Shown here in pieces: positions 1 through 15,082 of a DNA stretch of 64,000 bases. The notes under the pieces are model-generated. The model was not told the DNA's origin, searched no databases, and was given only the letters and a program-made list of their open reading frames with translations. Every line of letters starts with the position of its first letter. The stretch's first letter is position 1. Position numbers and translations under genes: made by a program. Source of the DNA: the human T2T-CHM13v2.0 reference genome, Homo sapiens; NCBI RefSeq assembly GCF_009914755.1, contig NC_060929.1; one strand, written 5' to 3'.

Positions 1-830
<830 letters not shown>

Positions 831-1429
831 TCTCATTTTTGAAAGTGTTTCTTCTCATAAAATAAAGTGATAGAAGATGATAATGATTTTTTTTTTTTTT
901 TTTAAAGATCTTGCTTGGCAAAGAAAAAAGAAGCAAAAGCAATGCTGTATTGCCCCCTCCCCATTGTGGGGAATAGTATCAATCTGTGAAATCCAAAAGT
1001 GAATTAGAACGTCCTGGTGAATGGGTCAGATTTTGAGGTGGGGCAGAAAGGTGCACTGCTGAGGAGGAGGAAGGTGGAAGGCAGAGATGGTTTCAAGTGG
1101 GGCTTTGAGGGGCCCACCTGGGCCCACACTGTAATAGACACACGTCAGAGTGTCCAAAGGATGGTGTGATGGGATGAGAAAGACCCTATTTACATGAAAG
1201 ACCCAGGAGACTCCTAGGAAAGAAATCACCCTCAGCAATGGGAACTAGAGCTCAGCTCTGAGACAGGGAAAGGAGTAAGTTGGGGTGCAGTCCAGTGTCT
1301 GATGCTTAGCTGTAGCTAATATTGACAAAGTGCTTGCCCTGAACTAAGCATTTTACTGGCAGTATCTCATTTAATGCTCACCATAATTTTATGAGTTTAC
1401 ATTGTAATTGCTTGTTTAATTGCCTAACG

Positions 1430-1940
1430 CAGCACTGTCCAATAGAAAAAGCATGTGAGCTGCATACATGAGTTTACATTTCCAGGAGCCACATTTAAAA
1501 AGCAAAAAGAAACAGGTGAAATTCATTTTGGTAATATATTTCTATCTAACCAATATGTTCACAATGTTATCATTTCAACATGTAATCAATATTTAAACAT
1601 TTCTGTAAGATATTTTTCATTCATTTTTTTCTTGCAATGTCTTCAGAATCCACTATGTTTTCAGATACTTCTAGCATATCTTGCTTCAAATGCTAAATTT
1701 TTGTCGGTGATATTTGACTTGTATTTAGATTTCATGAAATTTATAGTTGAAAAAGTAGTTTCACCTTCCCAAGTTATGTCAAGCATACTTAAAAGTGAAC
1801 CGAGTTTTTAAATTTTTAAATTTAAATTTAGATTAGTTAAAATTAAGTGAAATTCAAAATTCAGTTCCTTAGTCATACTAGCCAGATTTCAAATGCTCAA
1901 TGGCCACGGGTGGTCAGTGGCTATGGTGTTGGACATGCAA
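1430..1940. mobile_element. hAT-Charlie DNA transposon fossil (Charlie1b/MER33-like)
   Basis: Ends cagcactgtccaataga ... gtggctatggtgttggaca resemble the Charlie1/MER3 terminal inverted repeats. Confidence 0.75.
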
Positions 1941-3564
1941 GCCAACAATCCCATTACATCGTGTCATGAGAGCTGTGGTCATGTCAACTTGACCACTGAA
2001 TCCTTTGCATTGTGTGTGCACATAGTAGGTATTCAATAAACACTTCTTTAAGAATGTATATATGGATGAATGGATGGCCAAATTCAGCTAATAAACAAAT
2101 GCATAGTTAATATCATTCCAATTTGATAGAGAAGCTGAGATTCAGAAAAGTAAAATAATGAGGCCAAATGCCCACAGCTTGTAAATGGTAAGGAGGGAAT
2201 TCCAAGCCAGGTCTGACTCATTCCTAAATCTACTGGATGCAAGAAACATATGTGGGCATAGGAAAGGAAGGCTGAAGCCGTGCCATTGAGCCAAGTGTCA
2301 TCAGGGTGTCCACAGTGCCCTGCCAGGTCCCCACAGCCCCCTTCACTCACCTCCACACCTTGACCTGCTGTGACAGCTTCCCCCTGGCCAAGCTCCAGAG
2401 ATGCTCCAGTAGCCCAGAAGATGAAAGGCTACTAGGAGCAGGTGACACCATAGACACGGTGACAGCCGGATGCACCAACCACATAAGCAAAGCCCTGGGC
2501 ATGGGAAACCGGCACCGGCGGCACAGACAGAGCCCTCTTTTGTCTTGAAATCAGCAAGACTGACCTTATATCTGGTCACAAGTCCTGGGTCTGACCCAAA
2601 ACTGGAGTGAGAAGCTAAGGGGAAAGTAGTTTTAGTCACGGGACTTCAGAGCTGGAAAGATTAGCGGGATTGCCTCATTCAGAACATTTATGTTGTAGAT
2701 GAGGAGGTCCAGGAAAGGCAAGGTCCTGCATAAGGTCAACAGTGAGTTTCTTTAATAGGAAAGGCCACATCTCAGTTTTGTTATTGCTGATGATACCATG
2801 ACTTCCGCTCTCTAAAATGAGGCCAGGTCAGGAATCCCTTCCAGTCCCCACCAATCCTTCTGCTACCTCCGTAACACTGGATCCCATAGTGTTCTTAGGG
2901 GAAGTAGCCACGGTGCTCAGAATTTCCACTGGTTACCCTTGGAGCTGTTGCCGACGATCCTGTCTGCCTGAAATGCCTTTCTTTCTTGGTTCTTTCTGTG
3001 CCACCCCTGCAGTCTCAGTCTGGCTAAATTGTAACCCAATTTACAAGGCCAAGCTCAAATGCCGCTGTCTCAGTGAAGCTTCCTCCTATCCTACTGAACC
3101 TCTGGCCCTTATTTCTTTATTCCAAGGGGTCTCCAGAGTGACTGTTGGACAATGGAGACAAAGGGGTGGCTTCAGGAATCCATGGGAGTTATGACATCCA
3201 CGGTTGAGGGGAAGTTGTGGAAATTAAGTTTGGAAAGAAAGGTTGAGGCCAGATGGGAGAATGGGGCAGGTTGTAAAGAGCTGAAGAGTGAGGAAGCAGA
3301 GGCCCTACTCTACTGCCCGAGCGGAAGCCAGGAGATCTGCTCCTATAACAGGGACATTTCTGTCCCAGGGCCTCACTTGACCCCATTTTTGCCAGGAGAT
3401 GGAAAATAACATTGCTTAAGACATGAGCCCTGGCCTCCCAGAGCTTCACCTCTAATAAAGGAGAGTCACTTATTCACACATTCATTTCACAATGCTAATT
3501 GAGAATTTTACCTCTTGCCAGACATCATTCTAGGCACTGAGGACAAAAACAGGTTTGTGAGAGT

Positions 3565-3576
3565 CTGTGTGTATGT

Positions 3577-3615
<39 letters not shown>

Positions 3616-3985
3616 TGCATATGTGGTGTGTGTGTGGTGTGTGTCTGTGATGTGTGTGTAGTGTGTGTGTGGTGTGTGTGGTGTGTGTGTGTGGTGTGTG
3701 TGTGGTGTATGTGTGGTGTGTGTGGTGGTGTGTGTGTGGTGTGTGGTGTGTGTGGTGTGTGTGTGGTGTGTGTGGTGTGGTGGGTGTGTGTGGTGTGTTG
3801 TGTGATTGTGTGTGTGGTGTGTTGTGTGTGGTGTGTGTGTGCTGTGTGTGTGGTGTGTGTGGTGTGTGTGTGGTGTGTGTGGTGTGTGTGTGTGGTGGGG
3901 GGTGTGGTGTGGTGTATGTGTGTGTGTGGTGTGTGGGGGTGTGTGTGGTGTGGTGTATGTGTGTGTGTGGTGGGGGGGTGGTTTG
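3565..3985. repeat. Complex GT-rich tandem repeat: (TG)n plus (GGTGT/GGTGTGT)n
   Basis: About 420 nt almost entirely G/T on the plus strand; pure (TG) run at ~3579-3613. Confidence 0.97.
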
Positions 3986-4649
3986 TTTTCATAGCGGAAA
4001 TGGTAGACGAGTAGTTAATAATTCTTTCAATCCTAGAGACAGAACTGTGGTTAAGGCAAGTAAGTTCCTGCCTTAGAAGTTTATTTTCCGGTGAGAGACC
4101 CGTACTGAGCACACCCTGACCCGGTTGACAGGTGCAGTGCACTTCATGACAGGCGAGTAGGGAGCACTCTGGGAACATGCAACGGAGGAAGCTATTTGAT
4201 CTGGAGCCTCCAGGATGCGTGACATCTTGGCTGCTTTTGCTGATGATTCTTTGCCTGAGCTTTTGCCGATGATTCACTCTGCCTGAAATGCCTCTCCTGC
4301 CTTCACCTGCTCTTCTCTAATCCACCCACACAGTCTCAGCCTGGCTACATCACACCCAGACAGGCTTCAAGGCCAGGCTCAGATGCTACTGTGTCAAGGA
4401 AGCCTCCCTCCATTCCCCTGAACTTTCACATCTCCTCTTGCCCTTGCTCCATGAGGTTCTCCGCGGTGGCTGCTAGACAATGGAGAAAAAGGCGGTGGCT
4501 TCAGGAACCATGGGAGTTGGTTGAAGGTATCACTCTCATTGACACTGTCAGCTGTCAATTATTCCAGGGGCCCTTCTCTCTCTGCCTTCTTTACAACAGT
4601 GAATCTGTTAGGTAACTACATGTCTGCATCAGGTACAAAATGAATGTAT

Positions 4650-4791
4650 CTGTAATCCCAGCTACTCGGGAGGCTGAGGCAGGCGAATCGCTTGAACCTG
4701 GGAGGCGGAGGTTTCAGCGAGCCGAGATCACACCACCGTACTGTGCTTAGGCATCAAGCAAGACTCCGTCTCCAGAAAAAAAAAAAAAAAA
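4650..4791 (+). mobile_element. 5'-truncated Alu (right arm only)
   Basis: ctgtaatcccagctactcgggaggctgaggcagg...A16; degenerate TSD aaaatgaatgtat/aaaaggaatatat. Confidence 0.9.
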
Positions 4792-6904
4792 GGAATATAT
4801 CATCTCCGGGCAACACATGCTCCTTATGAGTAAAATACATGGTAGAACCCATTGCAGCTACTCAGAAGCCTTTTTGTGTTCAGCATGTATTGGCTGTGTG
4901 ACCCTGAGCGAAGTTGAGTTGGAGCTGACCAGAGTTTTAAAGCACGTGAAATGCACAGTGCAGGGTTTGTTGGGAACACCTCAGAAGGGCACTAAACCTG
5001 GATGGAGCTGAAAGAAAGACCTCTTGGAGGAGTGTCATCAAATGCTCCCCTACCTTGATGTGTGCTGTAGATGGGAATGGATACAGAGAAAAGGAACCTG
5101 TAACAGAAGCTCTGAGCTTTCCTGAGGAAGTGAGGTTTCAGATCTGAAACATAAGTGGCAGCTCACTGCTAAGAAGTGGGAGACAACGGGTGTTCCCCAC
5201 AAAGGGACCAGCATGTGCAAAGACCCTGGAGCCTTATAACCCCCAGGCATTATTACAGTACTCTGAGAACTGTTTTCCTCTCCAAACCCTTTGATGAGGA
5301 TTTCCAGGTCCAGACTATCTGCAAAGCCAGAGTCCCGATGCTGGGAGAATGCTCAGCTCGTCTGCTGTGCTCTGCCCAGGGGGCTTTCTGGGCACCATGA
5401 TGCTTCTCCTTCAGACCTAATCCCAGACGGAGAGTGTCTGAAGAAATGTTAAAAACCACTGAATTTAGTGTATCATCCCCTCCTTTTCTAAAGGGGGCTT
5501 GAGACTCAGAGACAGCAGTTGGTGTCACATAGAATCACTCTAATTAAGCACTTACTAGGTACCAACCACTGTACTAAGCATTTTTCCATCCAACATGAGG
5601 GAGAGACAATTATTGATCTCATGTGTCACATGAAAAAAGTGAGGCTCACCGAGGTGATCGTGTCTGAGGTCACATAGCTAGAACGTCCCAGAGCTTTGAA
5701 ACCCGGGTAGTTGACCCCAAAGCCTACGTTCCTATCCAGTGGGACTGTTTGTCAGAACTTGGCCAGAATCCAGTTTCTCTTGCATGCAGTCTCATGCATT
5801 CATCATTGCAATAAAAATTCAGCTTGGCAAACAAACACCTTTCGGGAGGCCTCCACATCTCTGCACTTGGACTGACTGACTTCAGGCAGGTCTATCCCTT
5901 ATACTACAGGGCACGAAGCAAGAGTTCAAATGAAGGGCCCTGTGGCTCCAGCCCACCTGCCTTCTCTTGACTCCTCTTCCTACAAGGAAAATGGTTATAG
6001 GCAGGTGCTTAGACATCTCACCCCATGTGACCACGCTCCATCCTCACCACCCTAATGCCTTCCCAGCAAACAACAACTTGGCCATCCCTCAGGCTACCCT
6101 TAGAGGTGTACAGCCTGCCCTTGGAGGAAAGACCCCTGGCAGAGGCCTAGAAAGTAAGCTGGGGGCTATTGAGCTGGAAACCGACAGCTTGGGTGCTGAA
6201 AATGTGATCTGGAAGTGGTGAGGGGGTGGGTCACAGGCTTAGGGTAAGCCTTCCCCTTGGCTCCACAGACTCCTCACCCCACAGCGACAATGGAACTGCA
6301 GGAAGAGCAGGGCAGGACCTAGTAGCTCCAATGTGAGGGAGTTCTAAATGCAGACAGTGCCAGGGTTCCAGCTGGGTCCCCTCTCTGCCTCATGAGCCGG
6401 CTTCCCAGCAGGGCTGACTAGTACACATTTCTTGTGCCCCTGCACAGCCACACAGCCACACAGCCACACCCTGACCTTCTCCAGAGCCCTTGCCTGATTA
6501 CCTGATAGTGACCTCCCCCCTCCCACCAGCAACATCACCCCATCCCCACCTTGGGTCGTGCCCTGACTTGTGCAAACCACAGGTCTAAGTGCTGTGCTGA
6601 AGCAGAATGAGTCAGGGGCAGAACTCAAGGTGTTGAGCCTGGGAGGCTGCTCTAAGCAGGGAAGAGAAAACTCTGTGGCCCCAGAGAGGAATGAATCAGG
6701 CAGGAGTGGCTCAGACCCTGCGTTCTGTCTTCTCCTCACCAAATGCGTAGAGCAGCGGGTGATGTAGGGGGAGAGACTCAGGCACCCCTGGTCATGAATC
6801 AGGCAGCATTTAGGAAGTCTGTTTTTCCAGGAGAATATGTAGATGTCATTTCTAGCATTGCTGAGACTGCAATTTGCTTATGGGGGGAGAATATAAGAAG
6901 GTTC

Positions 6905-7070
6905 TGTGTGTGTGCGCACATGCATGTGTATATACACATGTTGTGTACCTATATATGCCTGTGTCTGTGTGAGATATGTATATGTGTGTCTGATGTGGAC
7001 ACATTTATACATGTGTCTATGTGTTTGTGCCTGTGTGTACAGTACCTGTGTCACTGTGAGTGAACATGCA
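6905..7070. repeat. Degenerate (TG/TA) low-complexity repeat
   Basis: tgtgtgtgcgcacatgcatgtgtatatacac... pattern. Confidence 0.75.
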
Positions 7071-7167
7071 CATCGTTCTGCCTGAGGGTCTGTATGGATG
7101 TCCTTGCCTGTGTAGCTCAGGGTGTCCCCATGCTTGGCCCCGGGCCAAATGATTCCAGCACCTATAA

Positions 7168-7671
<504 letters not shown>

Positions 7672-8889
7672 TAGCAGACATTCAATATGTATTTATTGAA
7701 TGAATATATCAGAAACGTCCCCACCTGAACCAGCTCCCTGGAAGCTCCAGGAGTCCCAAAGAAAAGGCCCAGTGGAGAGAAGAGCTTCATTCAGGTTGAT
7801 TCCTTCCTAGCTCCAGGACACAAGTCTGAACTGATCTTCCTGACCCTCAGGGGCTTTTGCTCAATGTCCCCCTCTGCCCTGGTCAGAAGTCAAGACACAA
7901 AAGCTCTGGGCTCTGCCATAACCTTGCTCTGTGATCTTGGGTAAGTCCTTTCCCTCTCTGGGCCTCAGTTTCCCTATCTGATAAAAGAGCAGATCAGACT
8001 TCTGGATATCAAAAGGCACACTCAGACTCAGCATGGTGTGGTTTTTACCTTAGAGTTCTTCATTCAGTTGCCCCCTGCCCATCTAGATATTGGATCAATG
8101 TAATCGTCCCTCTCAGCTCCTTCTCTGTCTACTTATGATCCCAGCTAGGCAGCAAGCAGAGGTCCCAACCAGGCCTTGTTCGTTAGGGCTTCATGCTATT
8201 GCTGTGAGTGCCTGTCGGTAACCCCCAGGCATCATAATTCAGATCACCTTTGCTAAAAACAGGCTGGAGGACATTTACAGTCTTGGGAAGGGAACATCTT
8301 GGGGAAATGGTGATGAAAAATGCAGTCTTCTAATACCCTGGCCTTCTGGGCCTGTGGAGGAAGGAAGGATTCTGTAAGCTTATTTTTCCAGAGAGCTGGG
8401 TTGCGGAGGGGGTCAGAGAAGAGGCAGTGTTGGTCAATGCATTAAACTTTTCTTTCGTTGTAACCATTTCAGGTGGGAACCTTCTGTAGTTCTACTAGGT
8501 GCTTCCCTGCCTTTTCAAACAAGATGCGAAGCATGATTTCATCTTTCCTTGATGACTCAGGACCATCACAAAAACATTAACGTTTGAATTAAGTTTTAAA
8601 GCGGAGGTGTCCTCAAAGGCTGCAAAGATATTTTAGACTATTTGCCTCTCACTGAAAGGCAAAGCTTTTCTTTTTTGTGTTTAATCTTCTCTCATTGACA
8701 CTGTCAGCCGTCAATTATTCCAGGGGCCCTTCTCTCTCTGTCTTCTTTATGACAGTGCATCTATTAGATAACTACATGTCTGCATTGGGTATAAAATGGA
8801 TATGTAATATCTGAGCAAGGGACTCTCCTATGAGTCAAGTACATAGTAGAAACCATTGCGGCTAGTCAGAAGCCTTTCTGTCTTCAGCA

Positions 8890-9065
8890 CTTACTAGCTG
8901 TATGGCCCTGAGCAAGATATTTCTATGACTGAGTTTTCCAATCTATAAAATGGGACTAATAGTAGTATCTGCCTCATAAGGTCATTGCAGCTCAATGTAA
9001 AGTTACATGCAACTAAGCACTTAGCACACTGGATTGTAATCTTAGCTACTCAGTAAATATTTGTT
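8890..9065. mobile_element. MIR
   Basis: ttactagctgtatggccctgagcaag...atctataaaatgggactaatagtagtatctgcctcataagg MIR core. Confidence 0.75.
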
Positions 9066-9149
9066 TTATTCTTAGCTATTTTTTTAGTCTGAGTTTTGGA
9101 TCAATGACATTGCAAGATAAGTACTTGACTCATTTTCAAAGAATGCTTT

Positions 9150-10200
9150 GAGCTACCTGCAAGTAATAGAAAATCCACTAACAGTGGCTTAAACAAATAG
9201 GTTTTTGTTTGTATTATATTGCAAGAAACACACAGGCAGACAGCTGTTGGCTTTTGTTCAGTAGCTCAGTGATATTAGGGCTGGTGTCACTGCAGTTCTT
9301 TTGGCTTCTGCCTCATAAACACAATATTGCTGCTGAAGCTCCAGACATCACACTCACTTTCAAGGCAGGGGAAAGGAGATGGGGTGATGCTGGCTATGTC
9401 TACATTCCCAGAAGCCCCATATGTTTTCTTTCCTAGCTGATTGCTCCTATGTTTCACAGTCTAGAACTAGGTCACACGGCCACCACCAGCTGCAAAGAAT
9501 CATGAAAAACAAGAAACAGGGATGTCGTGATTAACTTTCACCACCATTCCATCTCTCCTGGGACTTAACACATTGTCTCTCCCTGCTCTCATTTCCCAAC
9601 CAGGGTTTTTTTAGTGAGAAGGAGAAATGGATATTGGGTCAGTAACTAACATTGTTTGCCCAGTAATTATTATTTTTCTTTTTTTTTTTTGTCTTAATAA
9701 GGAATTTGATTGCAAGTGACAGAAACCCAAATCAGACTTGCTTAAGCAAAAATAAGGAAATGGATAGAAAGAAAAAGGGACCAAAGAAGAAAAGGAGACA
9801 ATAAAAGAAATGAATTGACTCATATCCAGGGAGAGTTTGTCCTTAGGTCTAAGTATGAGGCCAAATGAGCAAACAGCGTTGTCAAGAGATCACCCTTCTC
9901 TGCTTTTTGGCTATTTTCCTTTGCATTTACTTAATTATCAGGTAGTTTCTCCTCACCTGGTGGTCCCTGGGAGCTCTAAGTTCACATTCTCCGAGGCTAT
10001 TGTTCAGCTGAGAAAAGAGTGAGTCATTTCTCTCTGTCACTCAAGCAAAAGTCCCAGGATGAATATTGATTGTCTGTGATTGGGACACAAGCCCAACCCT
10101 GAGCCAATCACAGTGACCACAGGGAACTCATGCTCTGATTGGCAAAGCCAAGTCTCACACCCAACTCTGGAGCATAGGTTGGGTCCGTTGCCCCCAACCA
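9150..10200. mobile_element. Two old MaLR LTR fragments (MLT1J/K/L-like), ~9150-9560 and ~9705-10200
   Basis: gcaagtaatagaaaatccactaacagtggcttaaac; ttgcaagtgacagaaacccaaatc; gagccaatcacagtgacca...tctgattggc. Confidence 0.6.
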
Positions 10201-12619
10201 CTGGTTAAGCTTAAAGACTAAAGTAGACTGAACCCCTCCTGAAAATCAGGGGCAGAACCAGAGGGAGGGGAAATGGATGCAGAGCACATGTAGAGCTTTG
10301 CAGTCTTCAAAGTACATTATTCCACACAGACACCTATGAATTAGGGAAAGCAGGGATTCTGGCCCCATTTTGCAGTGGCAAAACTGTCTCAGAGAGGTGA
10401 CATGATGTGTCCAGAGTCATTCAGCTCACAGGTAGTCAGAAAGAGTCCCCACGCCTCCAGGATCCTGGTGTTTCCCTGACACCACATCCTGAGATGACTG
10501 ACAACTGGTCAACTCATGTATTGTCCAGGAGCCATGGAGCCATGTGACAAAGTAGCCTGAGGGACCCCCAAGAGACCACTGGTTCCACACTTTACCTCCA
10601 TTGTTGTGTTAGAGCTTTATACCCTGTGAAGAGAGCAGGCCCAGAAATTGAGAAAACCTGCATTTGAATCCACCTAACTAGCTGCGAACCCAACAAATGT
10701 CTCTTTTCTGGGCCTCAGTTTCCCCACCTGCAAAAGGAGTTAGTTGGGCTCAGTGATACCTAAAGACACTTCTAGCTCCAGCTTGGCCACTGTCTCAGGT
10801 TCCAAGATTTCCCCACCCCTTGTGGTAGCTTCAGATTTCTTGCCTGGGGGAAGAGCCAGGGCAAGTTGCTGCAGTTCTGTTCTCTCCACACAGCAGAGTG
10901 GCGGCTCCCAGCCCAGAGTGGAGGCTTACCTAACCCCAGCAAGCTGAGCAAATCCCTGAGAACAAAAGGGGGAGAAGACCTGACAAGGGAGGGGAAGGAG
11001 TGAGTCTATTCCTTCCTTGCACAGCAACTTTAACCCCTTCCATGCCTCCCCAGCAGCAGGAGGGCAGGCAGGGTTTCCAGACAGGGGGTAATGAATGCAT
11101 CTCAGGCATGCACGGGCTTCCAGGAACTGCTGTGCCACCAAAGCCAACTTTCCATAGGGGAGCCCTCCCTGGGAGCAGCCACAGCTGGAGATGCCATTTG
11201 TCCTTCATAGACCCAGACTCATGGCATCAAAGCCCCCCACCGCTCCACCCCCAACAAAAGCCAGAAGGGAGCTGCATTCCATCCTTCTGCCAGTCAGGAA
11301 GCTGAAGCCTAGAAATGGGGAGGAACTTGCCCAAGGTAACATAGCTTTCGACTCACAGGAAGGGGCCTCGACTAGGACAGTGCCAGACACAGAAATGAAT
11401 AAAGTGTGTTCAATGACCGGAATCAAGGCCTCCCCACCTTGCGCTCCTTCCTCTGTGCATACTATATTGCCTTTTGGGATTCTTAAATCAAAGTTTCCAT
11501 CCCCAAATTAGAAGCAGATTGTTGAGGCCTGTCCATAAATTCCTCACTTGAACCTGTAGTGACTAATTCTCTCGGGAGTGTGGGATCAAACCCACCATGG
11601 CTATTAAGAATTTAATATGAAGCCCCAGTGCCTGGGGCCGTGCTTTCTCATCAGCCCCGAAACAGGGCGAAGCCTGCATGTCAGGCGGGGCCAAGAATGC
11701 AAAGTCTGGAGTCCCTTTCCTGAGAAGCTTCCTGGGACAGCAGCCTTCCCTCTGGGGAAATTCTCAGGGGACCTTCTGAACAAGAAGTGTCTTTTTTCCT
11801 GCACCAGTCCTAATCATAGACAAAGTGGGAAGCCCCTTGGCAGAGAGAAGTCTGGATAAACACCACCTCCTGGCAATGTACCCTTGCCCCTAACATCTCC
11901 CACGTACAACTGACACTCCACCCTTCATGTACAACAGGCTCCCAGTCTCCAAAGGTCTTTGTGAACGCAGCGTGACCCACAGAAAAAGAAGCAGAGGTGG
12001 GGGGTGGTGGAGGAGGTTGGGGGAACAGATCCAGTCTATTGGTGAATTTTAAGCAATGAACATATTTTTGACCTGAGAAAGTGGTCAGAGTGCATCAAAT
12101 TGAGAGCCTGGGCTCCTGCAGCCAGTGAGGGGGCAGAGGCCCAGGAAGAGGGCTCTGGGTGACCCGGGACAGCAGTGGGTGATGGGGCAAAGCTGTCTCA
12201 CCTACTGGGCTTGGTTACTCATGGGACTGATGGGACTATCAGAGAGCATGTGGCTTGTGAACCCAGGAATGCCTTCTTGAAACAGCCTCCCATCCTTCCT
12301 GTGAGATCCCTGAGAGAGATGAAGCTTCAGGGACAATTTAGTGACTGAGTGCCACTCCGCCTGGGATTGTGTTAGGCACTTAATGTGACAAATAAAATAC
12401 ACACGGTTCCTCCCCTCAAGGGCAGTGACAGGTGAGAAATACGGAGGTCATCCTATTATTTCAGATGTGCCTGAATCCCAAAGTTGAGCTCTTTGGCAAA
12501 CCAGAGCCCCACAGGATCCCCGGGCCGTGTTTGTAATTTACTAGACATGTACCAACTGCATCCCACATATCTGTCCGTCCCTCACAAGTGCATCTCACCC
12601 ATCAGAGAGTGCTCACAGC

Positions 12620-13305
12620 TCTACCTCCGAGACACATGCCCTGAATTTCACCACTTCTTTCAGCCCCTCGCCCTACACCCAGTCACCACTTTTTCTTTCC
12701 TGGATGACTGTTCTTGTAGTCTCTTCTCCAAGGAGCAGCCAGAGTGATTTGCTCTAAGATAGTAAGTCACTCTCCTGCTAAAACCCTCCATGGACTTCCC
12801 ATGGCCCTTAGTGGGAAACGCACACTCCCTACCATGGCCCCTGGACAAGACTTTCGCCATCTGTCTCCTGCCCACAGGACGTCCTTCCCCTCCACTTTGC
12901 CCCTTATGCACACGCCTTCTTTCCACTACAAGAAGATGACGCACTTGTTTGTTTCCCTGGGTCTCTGAAATTGTTGCTCCTCCTTGGAATGTTTGCTCCC
13001 AGCTTCCCATCCTTCAGATTTCAGCTCAAAAGTCACTTCCTCGCAGAGGTCCTCCTTGACAACACTAACCAAACCCCTGCATCACTCATTGCCCATCATA
13101 TTCCCTTACTTTTATGTGCAGAGCACTTATCAATAACAGAAATCATCTTATTTCTTTGTGTGTATGTTTACTGCCTGTCAGTCTCCTCCCGCCATGCCCC
13201 TTGAGGTTCGTGTTTCTCTTTTATTTCCTTACTACTTTCTACTTAGCACCCAGAGCTCAGTGCATAGTAGAGTCTCCAAACATCTTTGTGGCCTCATTCA
13301 TTGAC
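12620..13305 (+). mobile_element. L2 LINE 3' fragment
   Basis: gcagccagagtgat...cactctcctgctaaaaccctccatggacttccc...cagctcaaaagtcacttcctc. Confidence 0.8.
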
Positions 13306-14455
13306 TAGCACAATGCTCAGACATCAAATATCCATGTGAAAAGAGCATAGAGATTGAATCCATCTACTCACTTGTCAGAGGGGAAAATGGAGATTCCAAG
13401 AGGGACTGGGACTTGCCCACAGCCATACAATTCCTTCATTTATTCATATCAGCTGATACATGCAGGATAAGAAGGAGGTATCCGTTTGAAGATATGGGGG
13501 GAAGAGCTAGTGCAAAGGGCCTGAGGCACGACCTTTACGGGAAAGCAGGCAGGAGGTGAGTGTAACAGAGCAATCCAAGGAGGAGAGGTGTGAGGGGAGG
13601 TGGCCAGGCAGGCAGAAGCCAGGCCATGCATTCGCAACTTGGATTTAGTTCCCTCTAAACCAGGGGTGTGAATTTCTCTGCCCACTTGTGTAAGATGCTC
13701 AGACAGCATGGGACCTGGGAGACTAGTTGGGCACCCATAAGAAGCCAAGAGTGAAGATCCTGTGGTTGAGCAAGTCCCATGGGTGTGTTTGCCAGGACAT
13801 CAAAGGTGCTGCAGGCAGCGGCAGCCGCCTGTCTGAGCTCCATTACCGTGTGGGAACTGCACAGGACCCACCCAGTTAGTATGAGTGCAGTACTCGCTGT
13901 GCAATTACGGCTGCTACTGCTGGCTGACCACGTGCCAAATCGCTGCACAGTTAGTTACTCATGCCACAGGCTTTGGACCAATTAAGTGAGCAAAGAGGGT
14001 GGTTAACGAGGAGTAAACAATCCAAATGCCCATGATTACACTGAGGCTTTGCTCTAATGCATCCAAGCCAGGAGATGAGGATGGGCAGCAGGGAACATGG
14101 GGTCTCCTGTCCTTTGTTTTGTATGGTTGGCCCACTGAAATCTCTTTCACCCAGCCCACCCTGTCCCATACTCTGCTATCACTGTCTGCTGATTATTTTT
14201 TTCTTGTCTCCTCCCCTCGCTTTTTTTTTTTTTGGTGGAGGGGCGTGTGTGTGCCAAGTTCTAAGCACTGAGATTACAGCAAAACAAAGCAGCACTTATG
14301 GAACTGACATTTTAAAGTCAAACAATCAGGTAAATCAATATGATGCATCAGGTGGTAATACATGCTATGAAGAACACTGATGCTGGGTAAGAGGAATAGA
14401 GAGCTCTCAGGGCATGGGTGCTAATTCATATAGTGAGTCTAGAGAAGGCCTTTTT

Positions 14456-15082
<627 letters not shown>

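Noticed and set aside
3525-4277. 250-aa His/Thr-rich ORF and the opposite-strand Cys/Val-rich ORFs
   Set aside because: They are translations of the GT/CA repeat, which lacks stop codons by composition; no gene context
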